Assembly: GCA_965206645.1 (NCBI GenBank)
Contig: CBDBKE010000003.1
Coordinates: 480,001 to 544,000 of the forward strand
Origin: Terriglobia bacterium
GTDB taxonomy: Bacteria; Acidobacteriota; Terriglobia; JAJPHL01; JAPKYU01
DNA length: 64,000 bases
Direction of reading: 5' to 3'
Part shown: piece by piece, positions 51,049 to 60,334 of the stretch
Layout of the letters: every line of letters begins with the position of its first letter
Numbering within the stretch: position 1 is the stretch's first letter
Made by a program: the position numbers and the translations under genes
The notes under the pieces: model-generated
Seen by the model: the letters and a program-made list of their open reading frames with translations, nothing else
Told to the model about the DNA's origin: nothing
Database searches by the model: none

Positions 51049-51393
51049 CTAGCTCGGATGCTCCGTCACGGGAGGTCGGCCTGGTCCACGTTTGGCACGG
51101 CGCTTGGGCCGGCCCGGTCCGCGGCGCTTCCGCGGCCTCCCCGGACCGCGACGTTTGGGCGGTCGCCCCGGACCGCGACGTTTGGGCGGTCGCCCCGGAC
51201 CGCGACGTTTGGGCGGTCGCCCCGGACCGCGACCGCGACGTTTTGGGCGACGTTTGGGCGGTCGCCCCGGGCCACGACGCCCCGGCGGGCGGCCGCGGCG
51301 GCCCAGCGCCGCCAGACGTTCCAGCGCGGAAATCGCTTCCTCCAGTTGTCCTTGTTCCCGACGAAGTGATTGTAGGATTCTCTGAACATTCAT
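51049..51393 (-). CDS. small basic protein: N-terminal coiled coil plus eight AT-hook-like GRP repeats
   Basis: MNVQRILQSLRREQGQLEEAISALERL followed by RRGRPP and (RRGPGRPPK)n; has its own promoter. Confidence 0.8.
   Translation of the reverse strand: MNVQRILQSLRREQGQLEEAISALERLAALGRRGRPPGRRGPGRPPKRRPKRRGRGPGRPPKRRGPGRPPKRRGPGRPPKRRGPGRPRKRRGPGRPKRRAKRGPGRPPVTEHPS
51139..51219. repeat. 27-bp exact tandem repeat x3 with degenerate flanking copies
   Basis: CCCCGGACCGCGACGTTTGGGCGGTCG at 51139, 51166 and 51193. Confidence 0.92.
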
Positions 51394-51402
51394 AGGCGGT
51401 GG

Positions 51403-51431
51403 AATTTAAAAGGAAAATTACTGATTGTCAA
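51403..51431 (-). promoter_or_regulatory. sigma70 promoter of the AT-hook gene (near-leaderless)
   Basis: Minus strand TTGACA-17 bp-TAAATT, 9 nt before the ATG; no SD. Confidence 0.7.
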
Positions 51432-51563
51432 CGAAAATGATTGGGTTTCGTGAAAAAATTTACGTTCTTGGATATCAGCAACATATCTCAGCTCAGCGAC
51501 CTGCAACCCGCAAGCGACAGCAGGCAGAAATGAGGTGTGACGAAGCCAGCTGTGCAGGAAAAT

Positions 51564-53018
51564 TCAACTGCGTGGATGCGCGCGTTCGGGCGTAGCCACT
51601 TCCTCCCGTTCCCGCGCGTGCGAGTTGCGGCTTTTCCGCTTGATCTCGATGTTCAGCCGCTTTATTTTCTGATTTAGCGTCGAGAGGGGAATCTGGAAGC
51701 GCTCGGCGGCTTCAGTCTGGCTCCAGTTCGTTTTCTCCAGCATGTCCACAATGACCCGGCGCTCGCACTCGTCCAGGATCTCGAACAAGGAGGCGCCGGG
51801 GCGCTCCTCCACAACCGACAGCAGGCCCGAACCCTTGCCGGCTCGCTCCCGCAGGGATTCCGGCAACAGCAAAGGATCCACTAAGGGCTCCCGGGAAAGC
51901 ACAACCGCCCGTTCGACGGCGTTCTCCAGTTCGCGCACGTTGCCCGGCCAGTGGTAGTCCATCAGGTGCCGCATGGCTGCCGTCGAAAAGCGGCGCAGCG
52001 GTTTCTGGTTTTCCTCGCAATACTTCTTCAGAAAATGGTCCACCAGCAGCGGGATATCCTCTTTTCGTTCGCGCAGTGGCGGCAAAGGCAGCGAGATCAC
52101 GTTCAGACGGTAGTACAGGTCCTCGCGGAACTTGGCTTCGGCCGCCAGCCGGTGCAAGTCCGCGTTGGTGGCGGCAATAATGCGGACGTCCACCTTGACC
52201 AACTCAGTCGAGCCAAGCGGGGTGAACTCGCGCTCCTGAATCACCCGCAACAGCTTGGCCTGAGTTTCCAGGCCGATGGTGCCGATTTCATCGAAGAACA
52301 GGGTGCCTCGGTCGGCTACCTCGAAGAAGCCCTTCTTAGAAGCGACCGCGCTGGTGAAGGCTCCCTTGACATGGCCGAACAGCAGGCTTTCCAGCAGATC
52401 CACCGGCATGCTGCCGGTATTGACCGGCACGAAGGGGCGGTCGGCGCGCGGCGAGTGGGCGTGGATGGCTTTGGCGATCAGCTCCTTGCCGGTCCCGCTT
52501 TCCCCGCTCAGCAAGACCGTCGAGCGGCTGGGTGCAATCTGCTCCACAAGGTCGAGAATCTTCAGCATGGACTCGCCTTTGCCCACGATATTGGGGAGGC
52601 TGTAGCGCTGCTTCAATGCCCGCCGAAGCTGCACGTTTTCCGCTTCCAATCGGCGGGCGCTCACCGTGTTGCGGATTTCCAGCACGAGCTTCTCGTTATC
52701 CCAGGGCTTGGTCAGGTAGTTGCGGGCTCCGGCGCGCATGGCGGCCACCGCGTTCTCCACCGAGGCGTAAGCGGTGATCATCAGCACTGGCAGGTTCGGG
52801 TCCAGACGACGAATCTCTTCGAGCGCCTCGAGGCCGCTGCGGCCGGGCAGAGCCACATCCAGCAGCACCAGGTCGAAGACCCGGCGCCCCAGCAGTTGCA
52901 GGGCAGCTTCGGCGCTTTCGGCCGAGAGCGCCTCGAAACCTTCCAGGCCAAGCAGGGTCTCCAGGCTTTCCCGGACTTCTGCCTCATCATCAACAATCAG
53001 AATTCTTCCTTCAGCCAT
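51564..53018 (-). CDS. sigma54-dependent response regulator (NtrC family)
   Basis: REC domain, GESGTGKE, GAFTSA, FREDLYYRL, WPGNVRELEN and C-terminal HTH. Confidence 0.95.
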   Translation of the reverse strand: MAEGRILIVDDEAEVRESLETLLGLEGFEALSAESAEAALQLLGRRVFDLVLLDVALPGRSGLEALEEIRRLDPNLPVLMITAYASVENAVAAMRAGARNYLTKPWDNEKLVLEIRNTVSARRLEAENVQLRRALKQRYSLPNIVGKGESMLKILDLVEQIAPSRSTVLLSGESGTGKELIAKAIHAHSPRADRPFVPVNTGSMPVDLLESLLFGHVKGAFTSAVASKKGFFEVADRGTLFFDEIGTIGLETQAKLLRVIQEREFTPLGSTELVKVDVRIIAATNADLHRLAAEAKFREDLYYRLNVISLPLPPLRERKEDIPLLVDHFLKKYCEENQKPLRRFSTAAMRHLMDYHWPGNVRELENAVERAVVLSREPLVDPLLLPESLRERAGKGSGLLSVVEERPGASLFEILDECERRVIVDMLEKTNWSQTEAAERFQIPLSTLNQKIKRLNIEIKRKSRNSHAREREEVATPERAHPRS

Positions 53019-53020
53019 GA

Positions 53021-55918
53021 TCAGACGCTCACGGTTTCTGGCAACGTCTCTCTCAACTTGTCCGGCAACCGGGGAAACTCCAGCAAGAAGGCGGTCCCCT
53101 GGCTCTGAGAGCTTTCCACTCGGATGGTGCCGGCATGCTCTTTGACGATCCCGTAGGTGACCGAGAGGCCCAGGCCAACGCCGGAGCGCAAAATATCCCC
53201 GTTGCCGGCGCGGGCGGCCTTGGTGGTGAAGAAGGGATCGTAGATGCGGTGGATGTGCTTCTGGGATATGCCCTGGCCACTATCCGACACCTGCACCTGA
53301 ACTGCACCTTCACTGGTTTCCGTATGGACCCGCAGACGGCCCCCTTCCGGCATGGCGTCTCGGGCGTTCAGGAACAGGTTGAGAAACACCTGCTGGAGCT
53401 TGCCGGCGTTGCCCTGCACGAGGGGCGGCTGCTGGGCGAAGCGGGTTTCCACCTCCACGTGGCTGGTTCTCAGCGGGTGCTCCAACAAGGCTAGTGTGTC
53501 GCGCACCACTCGGTGCAAGTCCACTGGCACCATCTGGGCGCTGCCGGTGCGGGAAAAGTTCAGCAGGTTATTGACGATTTCCGAGGCCCGGAAGGTGGAC
53601 TTGATAATCTTCTCCAGCAGCTTTCCGCGCGCGTCTTCGTTTGGGAGTTGCTTGGAGAGCATCTGCGCGTAGCTGGAGATGACCGTCAGCGGCGTGTTCA
53701 CCTCGTGGGCCACGCCGGCGGCCAGCAGTCCGACCGAGCTCAGCTTTTCCGCCTCGGCCAGTTGCTGCTCCAGTTCCACCCGCTCGCTCACGTCGTCGAA
53801 GATGAGCAGCCGGCCAATCGGTTCGAACCTCTTGCTGACCAAGGGGGCCACCGCGATGTTCAGGGCCCGCTCGCTGCCCGACGGCGTGCGCACCCGGTAC
53901 CGGTACAGGTTATGAATCCCGCTGTCGCTGCGGAAGCGCAGCAGCTCGGCCACCAGTTCCGCGGGAAGGACTTTGTCCACCGGTTGCCCGCGAGTTCGCT
54001 CGCGCGACAGACCGTACATCAGCTCCAGTTGCGTGTTCCAGCTTTCGACCCGGTCGTCCAGATCCAGCACCAGGATGCCTACGCTGAGCGACTCGACGAT
54101 GTTCTCGTTGAACTCCTTCAGGCGTTCGTATTCGGCTGCCTTTCGCTCGAGCCGCCGGTAGAGCCTTGCGTTCTCGACCGCCGCACCTAGATGCCCGGAC
54201 AGCGCCTCCAACAACGCCACGTCCTCGCTGGACAGGAAGTTGTTCTCGGTGGTCTGGCCCAACCCCAGGAATCCCACGATGCGCCCCTGGGCCCGGCAGG
54301 CGAGGTAATAGTGCAGGTCCAGGGTGGCGATCGCGCGGCGCGCCGGCTCCGGCTCGCCTGGCGCTTGCCGCGTGTTCTCAAAAAACAGATAGCCTCGCGC
54401 GGATTCAGCCCGAGCGGCATCCAAGAAGCCCAGGTCGAGGTCTCCGTCCAGTGACAGTCCCCGAGAATGCGCCAGCCGCATTTGGCCCTGCTCATCGTCC
54501 TGCTCACTGGGCTTTTCATCGGGCAGGAAGACGGCTACCCGGTCCACGTTGAGCGTGTGAGATAGCCGATCGGACACCGCCCCCAGCAGGTGCGGCAGAT
54601 CGGTTTCGGTGCTCAGCTCGCGGCCGAAGTCCACCAACGTTTTGCGGTAGTCGTAGCGGTCGCGGTAGAAGTGGCGGTCCAGTCGCTCTTGAATGCGGGC
54701 GCGCAGTGGATGGAACAGAAGGGCGCTGACCACCACCGCGATCACAAACCCTGTTGTTCCCGTGGCAGGCAAGCTGGAGTGGAATACTAGTCCGGCTAGG
54801 GCCACCACCGTAAAGTACATCGATACCAGTGTCAGGGTGGCCAGCGTATAAGCGGCGCCTCGGCGGAACAGAATGTCCACATCCATCAGCCGGTAGCGCA
54901 GAATCGCGTAGCCGAAGGTCAGGGGGATCAACACCAGGGAAAGCGCCGACAGCTTCATCCAACTGGTCGGCACCGCGCCGAACAGGAAGGGCAGGATGAA
55001 AAAAGCGGCAAAGGGGGCAATGCCGAGGGTCACGCCGCGAGTAATCCACTTCATCTGCTGGCGCAGCAGCGGTGTGTGCGCTCGACGATAAGCCTGGTAC
55101 AGCACGGCCGTGCCGCCCAGAAACCACGCCGCCAGGTGGGCGTAGGCGATGCGATCCAGCCACCAGCTCACGGTCCCGATCGGCAAGCCGATTTCCAGCA
55201 CTCGGGATACGACCCCTAGATGGACCAGCAGCAACGCCGCCGCCGGGGCGTAGGCCAGCGGGAGCAGGAACGAACGGCGCTTCAGCCAATCCCGTGGCTC
55301 TGGAAACGCCAGGGCAAAATGGAGAAACAGGGCCGGCTGCAGGAGGGTGGCCACCACGTTTGACCAGTAAATGGTCCAGTCCAAACCGTCCAGCTTGCCG
55401 GTGTAGCGGTAGAAATACAGGACAAACGAGGCCAGGCAGAACAGATAAAAGTGGAGTGCTCGCGCGGCCTGTCCCCGCCGCAGCACGACATACAGCCCGA
55501 TGCTCAAATACAGCAGCGCGACCAACTGCAAGTAGCGCTGAATGGAACTGCTCCTCTGTCGAGGCTGTGGAATGACAGAGGCGACGACGGGGCGCCCGCT
55601 GCGGCTCAGCACATATTCCGCACTGCCCCAGTTGCCCAGCTGGTAGAGCAGCCTTGTGACGCGGGTGGCCCGGGGAATGGGGGTGCTATTGATGCTGTGC
55701 AGTAGGTCGCCTTCCTGAATTCCGGCCCGCGCTGCCGGCCCGCCGGGCTCCACGTACCGGGCAACGACACCTGCCGCGCTGTCCTGCCAGGTCGCCCCGT
55801 CATGGGGAGGGTGGAATTTGCGCTGCTGGTCGAGGTTGATCCAGGCCAACACGCCCAGTGCGATCGTGAGTAATCCCACGAGTATGGACGTGAACCGTAA
55901 TCGGAATTCCCCGATCAA
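53021..55918 (-). CDS. multi-TM sensor histidine kinase (PDZ-TM-GAF-PAS-HisKA-HATPase)
   Basis: GGPAARAGIQEGD (PDZ), several TM helices, AGVAHEVNTPL, NLFLNARDA, DSGQG, DPFFTTK and GVGLGL. Confidence 0.92.
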   Translation of the reverse strand: MIGEFRLRFTSILVGLLTIALGVLAWINLDQQRKFHPPHDGATWQDSAAGVVARYVEPGGPAARAGIQEGDLLHSINSTPIPRATRVTRLLYQLGNWGSAEYVLSRSGRPVVASVIPQPRQRSSSIQRYLQLVALLYLSIGLYVVLRRGQAARALHFYLFCLASFVLYFYRYTGKLDGLDWTIYWSNVVATLLQPALFLHFALAFPEPRDWLKRRSFLLPLAYAPAAALLLVHLGVVSRVLEIGLPIGTVSWWLDRIAYAHLAAWFLGGTAVLYQAYRRAHTPLLRQQMKWITRGVTLGIAPFAAFFILPFLFGAVPTSWMKLSALSLVLIPLTFGYAILRYRLMDVDILFRRGAAYTLATLTLVSMYFTVVALAGLVFHSSLPATGTTGFVIAVVVSALLFHPLRARIQERLDRHFYRDRYDYRKTLVDFGRELSTETDLPHLLGAVSDRLSHTLNVDRVAVFLPDEKPSEQDDEQGQMRLAHSRGLSLDGDLDLGFLDAARAESARGYLFFENTRQAPGEPEPARRAIATLDLHYYLACRAQGRIVGFLGLGQTTENNFLSSEDVALLEALSGHLGAAVENARLYRRLERKAAEYERLKEFNENIVESLSVGILVLDLDDRVESWNTQLELMYGLSRERTRGQPVDKVLPAELVAELLRFRSDSGIHNLYRYRVRTPSGSERALNIAVAPLVSKRFEPIGRLLIFDDVSERVELEQQLAEAEKLSSVGLLAAGVAHEVNTPLTVISSYAQMLSKQLPNEDARGKLLEKIIKSTFRASEIVNNLLNFSRTGSAQMVPVDLHRVVRDTLALLEHPLRTSHVEVETRFAQQPPLVQGNAGKLQQVFLNLFLNARDAMPEGGRLRVHTETSEGAVQVQVSDSGQGISQKHIHRIYDPFFTTKAARAGNGDILRSGVGLGLSVTYGIVKEHAGTIRVESSQSQGTAFLLEFPRLPDKLRETLPETVSV

Positions 55919-55987
55919 GGCTTCCTCACTAAGCTTCCTGCTTTCTTCCCCATTGGGCTCAGGCCCCTGGGGCCATCTCCACTGTAA

Positions 55988-56032
55988 CCGGTATCAAGGT
56001 GGTCGGCATCAAATTGGCCGGCATCAAGGTGG
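55988..56032. repeat. 15-bp tandem repeat x3
   Basis: CCGGTATCAAGGTGG / TCGGCATCAAATTGG / CCGGCATCAAGGTGG. Confidence 0.8.
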
Positions 56033-56070
56033 ATAGACGCCTCAACACCCAGCACTGACTCTCTCACCCT

Positions 56071-56087
56071 AGCAACTCTGTTTCCAA
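56071..56087 (-). promoter_or_regulatory. putative sigma54 -24/-12 promoter
   Basis: Minus strand TTGGAAACAGAGTTGCT (GG-N10-GC with TTGCT). Confidence 0.55.
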
Positions 56088-56123
56088 TAACCAACGTCCT
56101 TTTCAGAATACATATTGATTGAG

Positions 56124-56136
56124 TATCAACTACTTG
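56124..56136 (+). promoter_or_regulatory. putative IHF site
   Basis: TATCAACTACTTG matches WATCAAnnnnTTR in an AT-rich context. Confidence 0.5.
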
Positions 56137-56342
56137 CATTTTAGCGTAAGCAGGCCTGGACCGAAATACGAAATATAGTATGCTGCCTACTATTTCCCAC
56201 ATAGTCCTGCCTGTTTCTTGTACCTGCTTCATATCACAATGGGATTGGGCTAGCTAGTCCGTGTTGAGGCGCGGCGCTGGGTTTCGGGGACAGCCCACGC
56301 GGTCAGCCTCAAGTGGTGTTTAGCCGAAGAGGGGATTACTGA

Positions 56343-58172
56343 TCAGAAGATGAAGCTAAAGCCGCCGCGGAAGCTGCGGTAGTTCTGGACCAGCAGGAAG
56401 CGTTCCCCATCGGCGGTAATGATGGGCACGTAGCCTTGAGCGAGCAGGTTGCGGAAATCGGCCAACGCTTCCACGCGGCCGGGTAGAACCACCAAAGAAG
56501 GCAGCGGCTGTCGCACCAGGATGTTCAGGTGAGGCTCGGCATACCCCAGGCTTTCGTCGTAAAAGTCGCCAGGAGTCACCGAGGGGCCAAACACCCACTT
56601 ATACCCGGCCAGGACCCGTGTTCGGGTCGCCGGGACATCGGCCTTCAGCTTGATGGCAAGCGCATGCCGGCGTTGCATTCTCAGAATGCTGCGCAACTCC
56701 TCCGGGTCTTTCGTGTGCAGGAACATCCGCTCCGGCGCCAGCACGCCGACGTAGCTATAGGCGAAAGTGCTTTGCAGTCGATCGGAGAAGGTTTGCCGCA
56801 CCGAGGCGCGCACGCCGCTAGTGTGATAATTGCCGCTGTTGAAGGAATACTGCTGGGTGAACACATCCGGAAACAAATCGGCCCAGAAGGGCTCGCCGTT
56901 AACGACAGCGTTCAAGGTCAGATCGCTGATTTCGTCCCGGTAGGCGCCGACTTCCGCCGCTGTGCGGGCACCCAGCTTTCGTTGGAAGCTGGCTTCTATG
57001 TGCCGGCTGCGTTGCACCGTAGGAGAGCCATTGCGCACCGACACACGCGGGAACACGGCCAATTGCGAGGCCACCTGGCGCAGCGGATCCGTGCCTGGAC
57101 GGTACGTCCGCGGCGTCGCCTCGGTATAGTAGACCTGAAACGAGGAAGACTCGCTGGACTGATAGATCACGCGCCCGTAGGGGCTGAAAGTGTTCAGCCG
57201 GTCCAGGAAACGGACGGAGTCATACAGGAAGCCATACTCGACGCGCAGGCTGTCGGCAAACTGCAACCCATTGCTGGCAGCCAGCGTCATGCTCTGTAAA
57301 TTCTCCGCGCTTCCGGGTCCCGAAAACGCGGCAGGCAGGAAAATTTGGCGCAGCGTCAGGGAGACTTCGGGGGTCGAGCCGCTGGCTAACTCCCGCCGCA
57401 ACGCGCCGCGGAAAGCAGCCGCCGGCGTGTGCCGCTCAAAGCCCAGGTTGCCGCTCAACAACACCCTGGTGTTTTGGAACGGGTTGTTGGCAACGGTGAA
57501 CGAGGTGTTGAAGTCGGCCTCGCTGCCGGCGATCGAGGAGCGCCCCATGCCTCCGCTGAACTGCAGCAGCGTTCGGTTCTCGGCGAGGTCGCGCAGGGTG
57601 GGCAACCTGTCGCCGTTCTGCTCGGGCAGGTAACGCAGCACTGGCCGGAAGACACCCGAACTGCGCAACACCCAAGCCCAGTCCTCGTCACTGTCCGGGC
57701 GGCTGCGGCGGCCCCGCAAAATGTCGACGGTTTCCAGCAATGAGGCTAAGTTGACCGAAAGGAAGGAGCGGACGCCGGGTTGGATCTGGATCTCCTGTCT
57801 CAGGAAAGGCAGGAAGCTGGTCAACGTGACGCGGAGGGAATACAGCCCAGGCTTGACCCGTTCCAGCAGGAACGCTCCCTTCTCGTTGGTGTAGGCGTGC
57901 TGGAGGATGCGGCCGTCTCCGCTGATGAGGGCGATGGCGGCTCCCATCTGCGGGATGCCCCGGCGGTTCGTGACCACTCCGGCGAGCGTTCCTAAAGGCG
58001 AGATCCTGCGGGGGGTGGCCCACAGAGAAGATAGGCAAGATGCCGCTAGCAGCCATACTCCCAAAGCGGCAATGAGTTTGCCTCTTCTATCCCTGTCCAA
58101 TCTGGCCCTGTCCAATCTGACCTCCTCGTGCAACTCGGCCTGTTCCCAGGCCGAGTTAGGTACCGCTGACAC
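56343..58172 (-). CDS. carboxypeptidase-regulatory-like domain plus probable outer-membrane beta-barrel
   Basis: GTLAGVV...TNEKGAF...PGLYSLRV domain, alternating beta-strands, terminal FRGGFSFIF; start uncertain. Confidence 0.7.
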   Translation of the reverse strand: MSAVPNSAWEQAELHEEVRLDRARLDRDRRGKLIAALGVWLLAASCLSSLWATPRRISPLGTLAGVVTNRRGIPQMGAAIALISGDGRILQHAYTNEKGAFLLERVKPGLYSLRVTLTSFLPFLRQEIQIQPGVRSFLSVNLASLLETVDILRGRRSRPDSDEDWAWVLRSSGVFRPVLRYLPEQNGDRLPTLRDLAENRTLLQFSGGMGRSSIAGSEADFNTSFTVANNPFQNTRVLLSGNLGFERHTPAAAFRGALRRELASGSTPEVSLTLRQIFLPAAFSGPGSAENLQSMTLAASNGLQFADSLRVEYGFLYDSVRFLDRLNTFSPYGRVIYQSSESSSFQVYYTEATPRTYRPGTDPLRQVASQLAVFPRVSVRNGSPTVQRSRHIEASFQRKLGARTAAEVGAYRDEISDLTLNAVVNGEPFWADLFPDVFTQQYSFNSGNYHTSGVRASVRQTFSDRLQSTFAYSYVGVLAPERMFLHTKDPEELRSILRMQRRHALAIKLKADVPATRTRVLAGYKWVFGPSVTPGDFYDESLGYAEPHLNILVRQPLPSLVVLPGRVEALADFRNLLAQGYVPIITADGERFLLVQNYRSFRGGFSFIF

Positions 58173-59824
58173 TATTGTATCGTAAACGTCGCGGTAGGGG
58201 TGATGGATTGCTTTTTGATCCGATCCGTCACTTTTACCTGCAACTTGTACCGGCCCGGTTCCAGGCTCTCCAGCGGGAGCAACTTCTCCACCGTTATCTG
58301 CTGGAAGGCGCCCTTGATCTGGTCGCTGTTCTCGGTGAGCTGGAACAGGGTCTGGCCATTCTTCAGCAAAGCGTACTCGACGGTGGCCGAAGGCTTGCGA
58401 GTCTTCTCGTCGGTGGCCAGATTGTAGACTTGGAGGTAGATGCCCAAGCGCTGGTTGCGGCTAAACTTTTCCCCGACGCTGGGCCGCACTTTCGTAGAAC
58501 CAATGACAAACTGTCCCTTGCCGATCTGCCTGGTGGAAACCCTTTCCAGCCGATCGGCCAGAATCAGGCTGGAGGCGGCCAGCGAATCCTCATAGTAGCG
58601 GGGCACGCGCAGGGCCATCCGGCTGGTTCCCATGTTGCCGCTATGAATGTCCTTCAGCACCAGATCCAGCCGGTACAAGCCGGACCGCAGCGGCATTCCC
58701 TGCCAGTAGACGCGCTTCTGGTTTAGATACAGCTCCAACTGCTCGGCCGGCACATCTACTTGTATGACATCCTCAAAGGTTTGCACGACGCGCCCGGTCA
58801 GCGTGGTGACCCGCCCGAAGACGTTCACCAGCCCCCGCTGGATCCCCTCAATGTCCTCGAAGGTCATGTCCTTGACATTGACCTGCACGGTCAGAGCCGC
58901 CAGCACCGTGCTGGAGGTAATCCGAACGAAATCGGTGCGAACCTCGAAAGGGAACAGGTTGTAGCTGATCCTGGTCCTGACCACATCCTCCAGGTCCCGA
59001 AACTTGACCGGCGGAGGTCTCTGCAACTTGACGAACTGGTCCATACGCTCGAACTTGCTTTTGCTGGGGCTGTAGGGCCTCATGTCCGAGCCCTGGCCGA
59101 TTTGTTGGTGTTCGATGCCCAAAACGCGATCGACCTTGCTGGCCATGCCCATCGCCTCCAGATGGGTCAGCCCGGCGCCAGGTATATTGATAAGCGCGTC
59201 CTTCTCCGAGGGATCCATCGCCATGCGGAACTCCCCGGTCAAGCTCTTATCTACAAACTCGATCTCTATGTTGGTGCCGATGTCCTCGAGGTAGCGATAC
59301 CGCCATCTCTCGAACGGGTAGGTTTGGGTAAAGCCTCCGCCTTCGTCCATAGGCCTTTGGTACATGCCGCCCCCGACGTTCTCTTCTCTTTCGTCGGGCG
59401 GGCCGAAGGTGATGTAGATGCGGCCGCGGTCGCTTCTCCAGCCCGCAAATCCCGAGCCGAAGTATTGATTGGCATACGCAATACGCCGGTACACCTCTTC
59501 TTTGTACTCGTTCTCTACGCTGTCCGGCGTCGGATCACGGCGCAGCCAGAACTGCTCGATAAACTGCTCCCGTTCTTCCGCGTTCTGAAGGCGCTTGAAA
59601 GTTTTCCGCTCCTCTTCGGTGATGATATAGGCGACGTCTTCTTTGAGCCACCTTTGAAAGGGCCGATTTAGCTCCTTTTCCAGGGAACGCCGCCGGCGCT
59701 CGCGCTCTTTCTTGCTGAGCCGTGGCCGGCCGTCCTTGTCCTTGCCTTTGGCCACAACGGGCCCGGCCAGTAAAAAGAGGAAAACGGCAAACAATAGGAG
59801 GGGGACCCAAGCCTTGAGCTTCAT
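58172..59824 (-). CDS. GWxTD domain-containing exported protein
   Basis: WLKEDVAYII, FWLRRDP, RIAYAN and GWRSDRGRIYITFGPPD; signal peptide; C-terminal Ig-like domains. Confidence 0.88.
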   Translation of the reverse strand: MKLKAWVPLLLFAVFLFLLAGPVVAKGKDKDGRPRLSKKERERRRRSLEKELNRPFQRWLKEDVAYIITEEERKTFKRLQNAEEREQFIEQFWLRRDPTPDSVENEYKEEVYRRIAYANQYFGSGFAGWRSDRGRIYITFGPPDEREENVGGGMYQRPMDEGGGFTQTYPFERWRYRYLEDIGTNIEIEFVDKSLTGEFRMAMDPSEKDALINIPGAGLTHLEAMGMASKVDRVLGIEHQQIGQGSDMRPYSPSKSKFERMDQFVKLQRPPPVKFRDLEDVVRTRISYNLFPFEVRTDFVRITSSTVLAALTVQVNVKDMTFEDIEGIQRGLVNVFGRVTTLTGRVVQTFEDVIQVDVPAEQLELYLNQKRVYWQGMPLRSGLYRLDLVLKDIHSGNMGTSRMALRVPRYYEDSLAASSLILADRLERVSTRQIGKGQFVIGSTKVRPSVGEKFSRNQRLGIYLQVYNLATDEKTRKPSATVEYALLKNGQTLFQLTENSDQIKGAFQQITVEKLLPLESLEPGRYKLQVKVTDRIKKQSITPTATFTIQ

Positions 59825-59998
59825 AGCAAACCTCGCCTTCGGCAACACACAGCCGACATCCGCCAACACTCCAGCACCATCAATCCTAAGAGCCTTGCCT
59901 CCCGTTCGTCAAGCAATCTGTCGCTGTCAAGGAGTCTTTGCGCTCCTGGGCCGCCTCCGGTCGAGGAAGTGGCCCGGAAGTGTCTGGCAGGCGGCATT

Positions 59999-60038
59999 CA
60001 ATACTGCCTGGCAATACTGCCTGGCGATACTGCCTGGC
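59999..60038. repeat. 13-bp tandem repeat x3
   Basis: CAATACTGCCTGG x2 plus CGATACTGCCTGG. Confidence 0.85.
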
Positions 60039-60157
60039 TTGGCTCGATGGGCCCTCGGCCCCAAATGCGATAGTTGACCGCTCCGGCAGACCTGCTGAGG
60101 TGCTTTGGGCTTAGTGTCTTGTGAGTGCCCGCCATCCAGGACACCATTCGGATTCTT

Positions 60158-60230
60158 GGCAACCTTGCCCGTCTCTGATCGTCTAATCTAAAAAGGACTA
60201 CTGGAACCTTGGGTGGGGTTTTGCGTATTA
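60158..60230 (+). promoter_or_regulatory. two tandem ECF-sigma-like promoters
   Basis: GGCAAC-N16-CGTCTAA and GGAAC-N16-CGTATTA. Confidence 0.5.
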
Positions 60231-60334
60231 TCGAACGGGGACCTTAAGATCGCCAGCGGCTCGTCCGGCGCAAAGGGGAAACAAGAGGACCGTGTGGATT
60301 TGCGCCTGGTGCGGCACTGACGGGAAGGCGCCTT

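Noticed and set aside
51139-51280. 27-bp repeats as a CRISPR array
   Set aside because: Units are contiguous with no spacers, in frame within a CDS, and there are no cas genes
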